A DNA stretch of 64,000 nucleotides from positions 124,001 through 188,000 of the forward strand of contig JBEWZL010000109.1 in assembly GCA_045837725.1 (NCBI GenBank). The letters are read 5' to 3'. The notes under the pieces were generated by a model. That model saw only the letters and a list, made by a program, of their open reading frames with translations. It ran no database searches and was not told the DNA's origin. Shown here piece by piece: positions 53,671 to 64,000 of this stretch; position 1 is the first letter of the stretch; every line of letters begins with the position of its first letter. Made by a program: the position numbers and the translations under genes. The DNA is from Vermamoeba vermiformis (Eukaryota).

Positions 53671-56189
53671 TTACAACCAACCGAAGATGAGTCTCTTACG
53701 CTCATCCGCAGTCAACAGCTCGACAGGCAGTGCATTGAGCGCGTGACACAGATTCATCGACAGCTCGTAGTGGCGCAGATCCAGCAGCACACGACGCGCA
53801 TTGTGCATGGTCTGCACGGCACCTTCAGAGGGGTGTGTCTTGCAGTAGGACCACAACACGCCGTAGTTCGGGGCCGCACAACTCGCGGCGTGTTCAATGC
53901 GACTCAGATCTGCTGCAGGGCCCTGAGTGAGCAGCTCCACGCGCAGCCACTCCACGAACGAGTCACCGTACTGCGGTGTGAATTCAATCGCGCGCTCAAA
54001 GAAGAGGCGTGCAGTCGCTGTGTCGCGTGCCATCAGCGCCAATCGACCGCCCTCGCACCACACCTCGCCTGCTTTGGGCACCTCGTGCACGGCTTGCTTG
54101 AACACGCGCCAGGCACGCGCGAATTGTTGCGAGGTAAGCAGTTCTAATTGAATGTACAGTGCCCACAGTCTGCCCGTGCACGGATGTGCGTGCAAGCTCG
54201 ATTTGACCAGCTGCAGCGCGGTGTCGTAGCGCTTGGCACGCACGTCAATCAATACACGCTCCAAGTAGAGCTTCCACTCGTAGCTGAGCTCCTTCTTGGC
54301 CTTGTCGACAATGTAGCGCGCACGATCGCTGTTGCCAATGTACTCCTCCAAGTGCGCGCACTCGAGATAGACCACACTGCGCATCTTCTCGGGCACTTGT
54401 TGCACCGCTTTGATGAGCAATCTAATGGCGCAGGTGAGTACAGCGAACTCCGCACTCGATGGACACGTACCTCCGTGCAATGGCGATGTTGCCAGCGGTG
54501 AGTTCAAAGCGCGCACCTTGCACCCAGACACGCCACACCAAGTTCTTGGGACAGTTCAGCGCTGCTTTGACGTAGTTGGTGCGCGCAGATGTGAGCTGAT
54601 TGAACTTCTCGTCGATCAGTGCCAGCTCCAGGTACAACTTCCACCACAGTTCGCGCGACAAGTGCTGCAGTGCGGTGTTGAGCAGTGTGGGCAACAGGGA
54701 CAGCAAGGCACCGTCTTGTTCGATCAGTGACAGCGCAGTGAAGTACAGCGGAGAATAGGAGGGCGCGTGTTGCAGACCAGCGGTCAGCCACGACAGCACA
54801 GCACTCACACTCGGCTGTACGGCACGTGATTCGAGTCTCAGACCTTCAACATAGAGGGCTCCTGACCACGGCACAATGCGCGTCAGATGTGTGATCACGT
54901 GACGTGCAATATCGACACGACCAGCACGCAGTTCTGCGCAACGAGGTGAGTGATGTGCACACCATACTGACCATAGCAGCACTTACCAAACAGAGCTCCC
55001 TCAAGCATCACGCGCCAATGCTGCGACAGATCCACGTGACGCAGTGCACTGAGGGTGTGACGCACGAGTGACACGTGACCGCACTTCTCTTCCACGCGCA
55101 GTGCTTTGACGATCAGAGCCTCGCTCTCAGCAGTGAGGGCACAGTGTTCCATGCCGCGCAGCAGCACACTCTCTGCGTGCATCAGCTCGCCGTTCTCCTC
55201 CTCCATCTTGGCCCATTCCAGCCACGCCTTGACTTCACTCGGCTGCAGCGCCACAACTTGTTCAAAACAGCGTCTGGCGTGCGTAAAGTGCGACTCTTTC
55301 TGTTGGCTCGGTGATTAGGACACTATCTGCTAGCAACTTATACAACGATAAGACACTTACGCGCGACAGTTCAGCGAGCTCCAAGAACATCTTCCATTGC
55401 ATGCGCGGCGGAGATTGAGCAATGTACTGCTGAGCGAAGCGAATAGCAGCGCGATAACCTTTAGACTTCTCTGCGAGCTTCAATTCCGCGCAAAATTCTT
55501 CAACGGAATGAGTCTCGGTGTAGATCTCCTCGCGCATTGCTGGCTGCTCAAAATGTTGCTGCTGTTGATAATAGGGGACGTAGTTAGGCTGCTGATACTG
55601 CGGTACGTAATACTGCATGGGCATTGGTACATCTACATAATTGACAGGAATCATCATGGGTGCGTAATTGCGCGACATGTGCAGCGGATCGAATGACAGA
55701 TCCAGCGTGTCTGTCGATGAATTCGATGGACTCGTTGAGTAGAAGCTCGATGTTGATGAGTAAGATGTTGCATATATCTCCGCTAGACTTGATCCTGAAG
55801 AAGAGGAATTCGGAGAAATGGAAAGTGGCGACAGATGCTCTTCATCTGAGCGAGAGTAAATGCTACTATTGTCGCAATTACGACAGTAAGTTATATGCAC
55901 GTTATGTATTGCAATATTACTAACCTCCTTGTGGTAGTGTCCTTGGTAGGGGAGAATAATTTGTCCACAACATTCAACACCACACGCTCTAGATCTAACT
56001 CCTCGCGCTGTAACTAAGTGTTAGTGGTATGGGGCTTATATAAATATATATTATAGGACTCACTTCATCTTCAAACAATTCGTCATCTGACAACGAATTG
56101 TCACTGAGCAGAAATGGATGCCACGAAGAGTTATTGAAGTGCGAGTAGTTGGAGGGATATTGGTGGGACCACTGACCTGTTGCCAACAT
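53671..56189 (-). CDS. TPR/HAT-repeat protein, function unknown (possibly RNA processing)
   Basis: AWLEWAKMEEENG, WKLYLELA, TGRLWALYIQL, VPKAGEVWCEGGR, FTPQYGDSFVE, PNYGVLW. Confidence 0.75.
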
Positions 56190-56338
56190 GTTGATACGAA
56201 ACAATTAAATATACAACGAGCAGAGCAAGTTTTTTTGTTTGTTTGCAACGGCTAGTAGATTTAAATTTCGAACGAGTAATTTGCGCGGGCTTTTGAAATG
56301 CGAATTCTTGGTGGAATTATTATGTACACTTTTATTAA

Positions 56339-57334
56339 CTACTGCGCAGCAGCTTCACCATCGTCATTGCGAATGGAGTCTTCTTCTTTTTCCAGTTGAC
56401 TCGTCTCATCTGTTTTGTCTTCGCCGTGCGTTGGTTCTGATCTGAAGGTCCTTGGTTCAACGCGCGATAATGCGGCAGCAAGTTGTTCGTCTTGCTGCTT
56501 CTTGCTCTCTTCTAGCAGCTTGTTGATCTTTTCGTCGCGCTTGACCGGCAAGTAGTAGATTTGGGGAGCGGCTTTTGTAGCAATAAATCCGCTAGTTAGC
56601 TGGTGGTAGGCTTTCAGCGTAGATTGCTGCGAGACAGATTAACAGAAGTCACAAATTACAGCCGCGGGTTGAGTGTAGTCATGATCAAATACGTACCAGT
56701 AGCGCGACTTCTTTGTCTTTCAATTCACTCTCGATCTGTTCTTTGTGGCTCTGCGCTTCTCGCTTCTGTTCCTCTATTTGTTTTAAATACGTTTCTTTGA
56801 GTTGCTCTTGATCTTCTTTCACTTTAGTCTCCACCTTCTGCTCTAATTGCTTTCGTCGCTGAATGACATCTGACTTCTCTTGTTGCGACAGACTGTCTTT
56901 GGCGCCTTTTAAAGTGCCCATTAATATAGAGAACATCTTCTTGTTGCGCATTTGTATGTCCGCTGGTGCTTTGGGGAGCTCGCGGCGCGGCTCAGACGTT
57001 GAATCCTCCTAGAATATTATTTTAATACCCAATTATTTCTATAATTATAGCAGCTGTATTGTACAATCGCTGCATCACTTACCTTGTTCACTGCGCTATC
57101 GGCAGTACGTGCGCGTTTGGCTTCTGGTTCGTCTTCTTTCTCTTCATTTTTTTCACGTTTTCTGCAAGCAATAATTAGTATAAATTACTGCTTTTATTAT
57201 GCTATTTTTTAGTACCGTTTATTGTTTGATCCAACTGTGATCCGCTCTTTGGCAGCAAGATCGCGCAGCTTTTTGTTTGTTTCAATACGCTTTTGCTCTA
57301 ATAGTTGAACTTCCTTCCATAACGTAGTGTCCAT
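56339..57334 (-). CDS. PNN: Pinin/SDK/memA domain protein
   Basis: RNKKMFSILMGTL, coiled coil, FIATKAAPQIYYLP. Confidence 0.88.
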
Positions 57335-57766
57335 TGTGCTTAATTGAGCTCTTGTTCAAGCGATAACGCGTGTTTGTTAGAGCGCCGGAATTAAAGGTTG
57401 CTCAGAAGAAATTTCGCACAGGTTTTCCTGAGAGACTTGGTATTGTACTACCGATAGGAAATTTTACTATGACGTTGGCTAGTACATTCTTACAATGGTT
57501 TATTCATATATCCGTTCTTCCCCGGGGTCAGAGATCAAATAACCTGGCCAGCACAGTTAAAACTGAACCCATTTTCCGCCCATCAATCGATCGGCCTTTG
57601 AATGACGTCTCGCTGTCTTTGGATGCTACAACTTGAGAGCGGCACAAACTACCTCGATGGACATCTGTATGTTGGAAATCACTTGTCTATATGACATACA
57701 GCAAAATGTTACCCCATTTTTTTATCAGTTGAATCAAATTGCGACCCCCAGGCGCCTTGTCCATCA

Positions 57767-59503
57767 ACCAATAGGTGGACATCCCACCCGCCAATTTTTT
57801 TTCGTCCGTTGACTTTCGCTGTCCGCTGATGTTAGTAATTGACCAACTTACTCCTTACTTTGCCATTAGCACCGGCGGACCCAAGAAGTACTACTGCTGG
57901 CATCGGGAGGCTTTAGGCTGATTGCTGGAGGCTGAAAAGGGCAATGTTCTGCACAGAACTTAAGTATTAGAACTTTGTTCTATTTGCTGCAATACCATTT
58001 AAACTTTCCCAATACCAAGAACTATCACTACATAACACGAAAAGTAAGTAATCAAAATAAAAGATAATTGAGTGACAGCAATTTTCAGCATTAAGTATGG
58101 CAATGTTCAGCAAAGAACTTAAGTACTGGAACATTGTTCAAAGCTTCAATACTTGAAACTTTGCTGAACTATCACTGTAAATCATTATGTATGAACCCAT
58201 CCATCAGCACATACTGTGTACAACACAACTATCAATTTTATGCTTGATCTTTGGCAGCAACCCTGGACGGACGCAATGTCCACAGACGAAAAATTTTTGG
58301 CGGACAGGATGTCCACCATGATACTTAATGAGCAACAAAATTCAAGTGTTGAAGTTCATAGCATCTGTATCAAGCAACTAACATATACAACCAGGGTATG
58401 TTTGCTGGACAAAAAACAGTTATACATCCAACCCAAAAATAGTGAGCCATGCTTAAGCAATCCTCTCGTAGATATGTAGTTCTGCATAGAACTCTGGCAG
58501 AAATGGAATATTGTGAATGAGAAATATCTCATAACAAAAAAAAGTTAGACTCTTTCTATTGAACTCTGACATGTCCACTGGCGGACATGTGCTGATGGAT
58601 ATTCATACTTAATGATTTACAAAGCTGTCACTACATTATCTTTGACGATTACTCGTCTCTTCTATTACTATAAGTGCCCAATATCTCAACAATTGCCCCT
58701 AAAATTATTATATATCCACCTAGTACTTATACTGCTATGGTGTTGTTTAGCTTCGTAGCACTGATAGTGCGGTTCAATTTTTGGTTTGTTCGGTGAAAAA
58801 GTAACTGTTACAAACCCGAAGCTTTTTCCCGCTCGATCTGGCCCATTCCTGTGGCTTTGTCCTCACAACTCAACAATTTTGTTTGTTGAACTCTGAGAGG
58901 CAAACTGACACAACTGCTCGTGTCCAGTATGCTGGTGATATATATATGACATTCGCCAGGCCACTGGGACAACAGCCAAGTGAGTTTTTGGAGGTTTGGT
59001 GGGTGCGGCGAATCTAATCTGACCCACCAACCAACCATTTCTGGTGCACTGATGAGCACATATAATATTTAAATATATACACCTATTCGTAATTAAATAA
59101 TTGGTGCTTAAAATTTGCCGGCTGAAAATTTTTGTGGGCAAATCCACGCAGACGAAATAATTTTCGCTGCCCAAGTGAACGGACAAATTTAATTTTCAAA
59201 TTGTTGAGATATTGGGGCCGCCGAGATACGGGGCATTCGTAGTATATAGTGATAGTACTATGTATTTTTAGTTTAAATGGTTTTGCAGCGTTTAGAGCAA
59301 AGTTCTAGTACTTAAGTTCTTTGCAGACATTGCCGTTTTCAGCCTCCAGCACACGCCCAAAGCCTTCTGATACCACTATTGTCTGGGTCTGTGGTACTAA
59401 CGCACAGTTTGGAATAAGTTGGTCAATTACTAACATCAGTGGACACAGCCACCCCTGAGTCAAGAGGACGGTGAGAAGGGGGCGGGACACCGGTAGCTAT
59501 TGG
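57767..59503. repeat. Large imperfect inverted repeat (arms ~57767-58040 and ~59236-59503) with nested internal repeats
   Basis: ctgatgttagtaattgaccaactta and gctggaggctgaaaa.ggcaatgt...gaacttaagta.tagaactttg occur on opposite strands. Confidence 0.88.
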
Positions 59504-59859
59504 CTCCCTAAACGGTGCATTCATTAGCTTGCAGCAGATTTTAGTGTTGTATCTGACCAAACTCATGACCCGTCTAAACCAGACCTAGGTTTTTGACGGG
59601 ATGTCCTCCTTCGCTGCCAGGTCAGTTATTGAATTAGTCACTCCACACAAAAGGAATACTATGTACAAGATATGAATGGTGGTTGATCAAATGCAGTACC
59701 TGAGAAAATGGCCTGTAAGTTCTTGAACTGTAACAAGATGCCACCCACCAACACCACAACTTCTGTCAATTATGACCTCCAATGCTTGCATGAACTTTTT
59801 TATTGAAATCAGCTAGGATCTTTTGGCTGGAAAAGTGGCCCTTTACTATTTACAGATAT

Positions 59860-61452
59860 TTACATGGATTGTTCAGTGAGTTCTTGTGTTATACGTACAA
59901 TGTCGGTGTCATCTGTTATTTGCCACAGCTCTCCAAATATTTCAATGCCAGACAACACCAAGAAGTTGTGATTGCTACTATTATGCCCTGTTTGCAGTAT
60001 TCTAAACCAACGGAAAGGCCGCGCTACAGATACTGGGAATGACATGACTGCAAAGGGTCCGTTCAAACTGTCATCATTGTGATGCCGCTTGATCATGGTC
60101 CAGTTCTTGCCATCGTTGCTGCCTTGAAAGTCCCAATTCCTCAATGCATCTGCACGGTAATTGCCGCCGTGCCGCAGTGAATAAGCGCGGGGCAGCACTG
60201 CATAGCCCACGAGTTCCACACTGATCCACGATGCAGGCACGTCATTGGTCCACAGCTCCAGGTCTTGGGCTGCAGGGGCTCCAGTCGGTCCCCAGCCCCA
60301 GTCCACCATGCGCATGGGCTGTCCTCGTTCCGTTGATGACATGGCCACGCGCACGCGTCCAGTGAGTGCAGGATTGGTCCACGCGGTAAGTGGGGCACTG
60401 CTGAGGGGGCGAATTGGACCCAAGTCCGTGCCGAGCCAATACAGCACACCGCGACAGGGCTGCGTCCAATCGATCGGTGCCGTGCTCAGTGCACTCTGCG
60501 GCTGATATTCAAAGCTCACACCGCGCCACACACGCGGCTGCAAGTGTTGCAAGTCGTGCTCGCGCCGCACCTCTTCGCGCACAGCCAAGCGCGCCATGCA
60601 CGCCTCCAACAAGATCTGGCGCGGCACTTGCGCGTGATTGCAGGCCTGTTCGAGCTGCGCGTAACTGAACCAGCGAAATCGAACGGTGCGCATCATTTGT
60701 TCCACGAGCTCTGGATGTGCCTCTAGTTGTTCTTGGTTGTGGCTAATATAACGACAAACTAGCTGATATAGACTCCACTCATTACCAACGGATAGTCTCG
60801 GGTGTGTTAATAGGCGCAGCATTGTTTTGGGTGGCAACAAATTCAGATCTGCCAGTTCGTCGTTGAGTGGCGCTTTCTTGCTGATGTTGCTCGGTGTCAC
60901 ATTGGATTCACCACGCCACTGATAATCAATGCCCCACGTGTTCATATGTAAGAAATTGGAGGCTACGAAGTTGAGACATTTCTGTACAACGCGTTCCTGA
61001 TTGAAATTTACGGCATCCACTAGCAGCTAGCCGAATGATACCACATTAATTAGGTATATTAATGGCGATGTATGTATAGGTACCTTAACGACGGTTGAGC
61101 GCTTCAAATGCTTGTCGACAAATTCAGCGCATTTGGATGCGAGGTGATGAATCAAATAGTGATCTGCCTGTGTCAGCAGCGATATGACGCTGTCTAAAGT
61201 GACGGTCAACTTGCCCTGGTAGATGAACTGCAGCACTTGCGGGAACACATTGCTCGGATCGGGGAAGTTGAGTTTGACCACAGCCAAGCGCTTCTCTTTG
61301 AACTCGCTCGACAACAACAGCTTGAAGAACTCGCTGCTGTGCGCTAGTATCACGCGATGTGCGCGTATGTGTCCGTGCTCTGTCACGAGCGTCACATCTG
61401 ACAACTGACCTGACTTCAAGTAGTCCAAGAAGCCTTTCTTAAAGTGCGTCAT
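59860..61452 (-). CDS. BTB/POZ + BACK + F5/8 type C (discoidin-like) domain protein
   Basis: SDVTLV...AHRVILAHSSEFF...LQFIYQG; VRF; GVLYWLGT, WTNP, YSLRHG, LRNWDFQGSNDG..W, SGIEIFG. Confidence 0.88.
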
Positions 61453-61610
61453 CAGTCCTCAATAGTACTCAATAGTACTCAATGCAGTCCTCAATGCAGT
61501 GCGCTGTGTGCGTGTGCACTGAGCTGTGAAAAAATGAACTGCGTGCTCGCTGATTCTGAACTTAGCCGTGCGAGCCACGAACACAACACAGATCTTAGGC
61601 GAGTATCAGC

Positions 61611-64000
61611 ATGCCAAAAGGTCGCTGGAAGAAGCGCAAGCAGCGCGATGAGTCGCAGGAACAACACACCGATCAACCAGCACCCAAGAAGCAGAAGACG
61701 AATGACTGGAAAGAATGGGTCAAAGAAAATCCGCGCTACGAGGAGTACTACAAGGTAATCATTTTAGTCCTTATATTAATGTAGTGCGTAATTATTGCTA
61801 TCGACGTGTGTGTAAGATCAATTAATATTCAATTATTTTTTTGTTTCTCACTTGCGATCTGCATCCAAACTGTCGTACTTACCAACGCCATTAATAGGGC
61901 CAGCCAGGCATAGTGCCACCAGAGGAGTGGGAACAATTTCTCAAGGTATTGCGATCGGATCTGCCCACTACGTTCCGGATCGATCGCACGAGCAGTTTCG
62001 CGCGACTAGTGCGCGCACGACTCGAACAACGCTACGCACACATGACCGATCTGCGCTCTGAGGGCGAGGCAGTGGCACCACCGCACGCCATGACCTGGTA
62101 CCCCGACAGATGTGGCTGGTACTTCTCGCGCTCGCGTCGTGTGCTGCGCAAGATTGAAGGTGCGCACTACGAGGAGTGGCGCCAGTTCATGATCACCGAG
62201 AACGAGCTCGGCAACATCAGTCGCCAAGAGGCTGTCAGCATGGTGCCGGCCTTCTTTCTCGACGTGCGCGCTGATCACACCGTGCTCGACATGTGCGCTG
62301 CCCCTGGCTCCAAGACCGCGCAGCTGTTGGAGCTGATTGCCGTGCAGGGCCGCACCCTCGACGAGCACGACACGGAGGCCCCGGTGCGCGGACTGGTGAT
62401 TGCGAATGACGTGGACCGCGACCGCTGCAACTTGCTGCTGACACGCACGCGCACGGGCAGCAATCTGATCGTGACCAACTACGAGGCGCAGCTGTATCCG
62501 ACACTCAAGCTCTTGCAGCACGATGGCAGTCACGTGCCACTCAAAATAGATCGCATTCTCTGTGACGTGCCCTGCAGCGGTGATGGCACCATGCGGAAAA
62601 ACCCCGATGTGTGGCAGTCGTGGCACGTGGAGGGCGGCACCAATGTGCATCCTCTGCAAGTGCAAATATTGTCACGTGCCTGTCAGCTGTTGTTGCAGTG
62701 TCCTCCACGTGACAGCGGAGACCGTGAAAGAATTGTCTATTCGACCTGTTCACTGAATCCCATCGAAGACGAAGCAGTCATTGCAACTATTCTGCAACGC
62801 CATCCTGAGCTCCGATTGGTCAATGTCGATCACGTGTTGCCTGGTCTGCGTCGTCAACCAGGGCTGTCGCACTGGCGCGTGCGCACACGTAGTGGCGAGT
62901 GGTTTGACAGCTACGAGGCCCTGGTGAGTGCCACGCAAGGTACCGCGCAAGAGAGTCACGTGACACGCAAATATCTGCCGTCAATGTTCCCGCCCAAAGA
63001 TACGTCTGGTTTGAACCTGCACTACAGGTATGTGTTTGACAGCTGATGACACGTGTCATTTGCTCATCTCCATCGCAGCTTCAGATTGTTGCCGCATCAC
63101 CAGGACAGCGGTGGATTTTTTGTGGCAGTGCTGGAACGGGTGCCACCAAGTGTCAATAATGTCAACGTTGTAGCTGAAGTTGCTCCTGCCAATTTGACAC
63201 CTGTCACTCCGACACCTGTCACCGAGCCCGAGACTGCAAATGACACGCCAGCCCCTGAAGTTAACACGACTGAGCCTCGGCCCAAAAAACAACGTCGTAA
63301 GTGACGTGCAGTGACACGTGTCAATGACTGACCTTTGAATATTTGCAGAACCCAAATTTGGTGAGCCCCTGAGCGTGTTGAGCGAGGCAGATCTGGCCTC
63401 GGAACAGTGGACCAAAGTCAAGTCGTTCTACGGACTGCGCGATGATTTTCCGCTGCGTCAACTGATCACGCGCGCGCAGAGTGGCGTGTCGAATCGCTAC
63501 TACTTTGTCACGGAGCGCGCACGTGACTTGCTGCAGGCCCAGACACACACCTTCCGAGTGGTGCACACGGGCACCAAGCTGTTCGAGCGCGCGGACAATC
63601 AGGGCCCGTACTGCAATCTGCGCATCTGTCAAGAGGGCGCGCACGTGCTCTATCCGTACATGACGCGCCGTGTCATCACGATCACGTGGGAGGATCTTTG
63701 CACTTTGCTGCTCAATCGACACCCGTTCTTCACGCAGTTCTCGACCGAGGTGCGCGCACAGCTCGTGGAACTGTTGCAGGGCTCGTGTCTGTTCGTGTTG
63801 CCACCCTGCGCACAGACGCAACACAATCGACTCGTGTTCGCTGCGTGGCGCGGCAAAAATAGCTGCAATCTGCAAATGTCATCGGAAGAATTCAAATCTG
63901 TCAAAGCGCTGCTCGGCATTGCGGATCCTGCAGCGGACCAATCAGCTGCTAGTGCATCCAATGTCACGGACCAATCAGCTGCTAGTGCTTCCAATGTACG
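61611..64000 (+). CDS. NSUN2: tRNA m5C methyltransferase NSUN2/Trm4 (continues past the window end)
   Basis: LPTTFR, GNISRQEAVSMVP, VLDMCAAPGSKTAQL, IAND, ILCDVPCSGDGTMRKN, YSTCSLNPIEDEAV, PHHQDSGGFFVAVL. Confidence 0.96.
63934..63997 (+). repeat. Coding 33-bp tandem duplication (DQSAASASNVT)
   Basis: cggaccaatcagctgctagtgc(a/t)tccaatgt twice. Confidence 0.85.

Noticed and set aside
57370-59490. Short ORFs in the foldback region as transposase or nuclease remnants
   Set aside because: No convincing DDE, reverse transcriptase or GIY-YIG motifs, and no coherent exon chain.
61454-61500. Short agt(a/c)ctcaat tandem repeats at the BTB gene start
   Set aside because: Simple slippage-type repeat with no evidence of function.

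Overview
This is eukaryotic nuclear DNA from a very gene-dense protist with short introns. The gene content and a DUSE-like motif suggest an amoebozoan, but that is an inference. About 28 intron-containing protein genes fill the window, mostly conserved housekeeping genes: Sec61-gamma, Cdc6, Dbr1, two STE20-family kinases, Rtf1, V-ATPase D, Nup35, RNF123, a METTL6-like methyltransferase, a GARP transcription factor, SHMT, tepsin, Prp39, a USP9X/24-like deubiquitinase, CHERP-like, TRA2/SR45a-like, MRPL47, pinin, a BTB-BACK protein and NSUN2. The strongest unexplained signals are: (1) a 118-nt tRNA-shaped RNA at 11935-12052 with a compensated non-canonical elbow, a G-1:C73 pair, a structured anticodon-loop insert, an upstream DUSE-like element and a poly-T terminator; (2) an apparent 1-nt exon at 9312 that joins an SH3 domain to a PAK-like kinase; (3) a ~2-kb gene-free foldback region of nested inverted repeats (centromere-like or transposon-like); (4) a 12-bp palindrome, TGACACGTGTCA, found 8 times, 7 of them in introns; (5) a +1 frame break at CCC-TAG in an AAC4-family gene; (6) U12-like and GC-AG introns. 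Gene models were traced by eye and family calls come from remembered motifs, not database searches.
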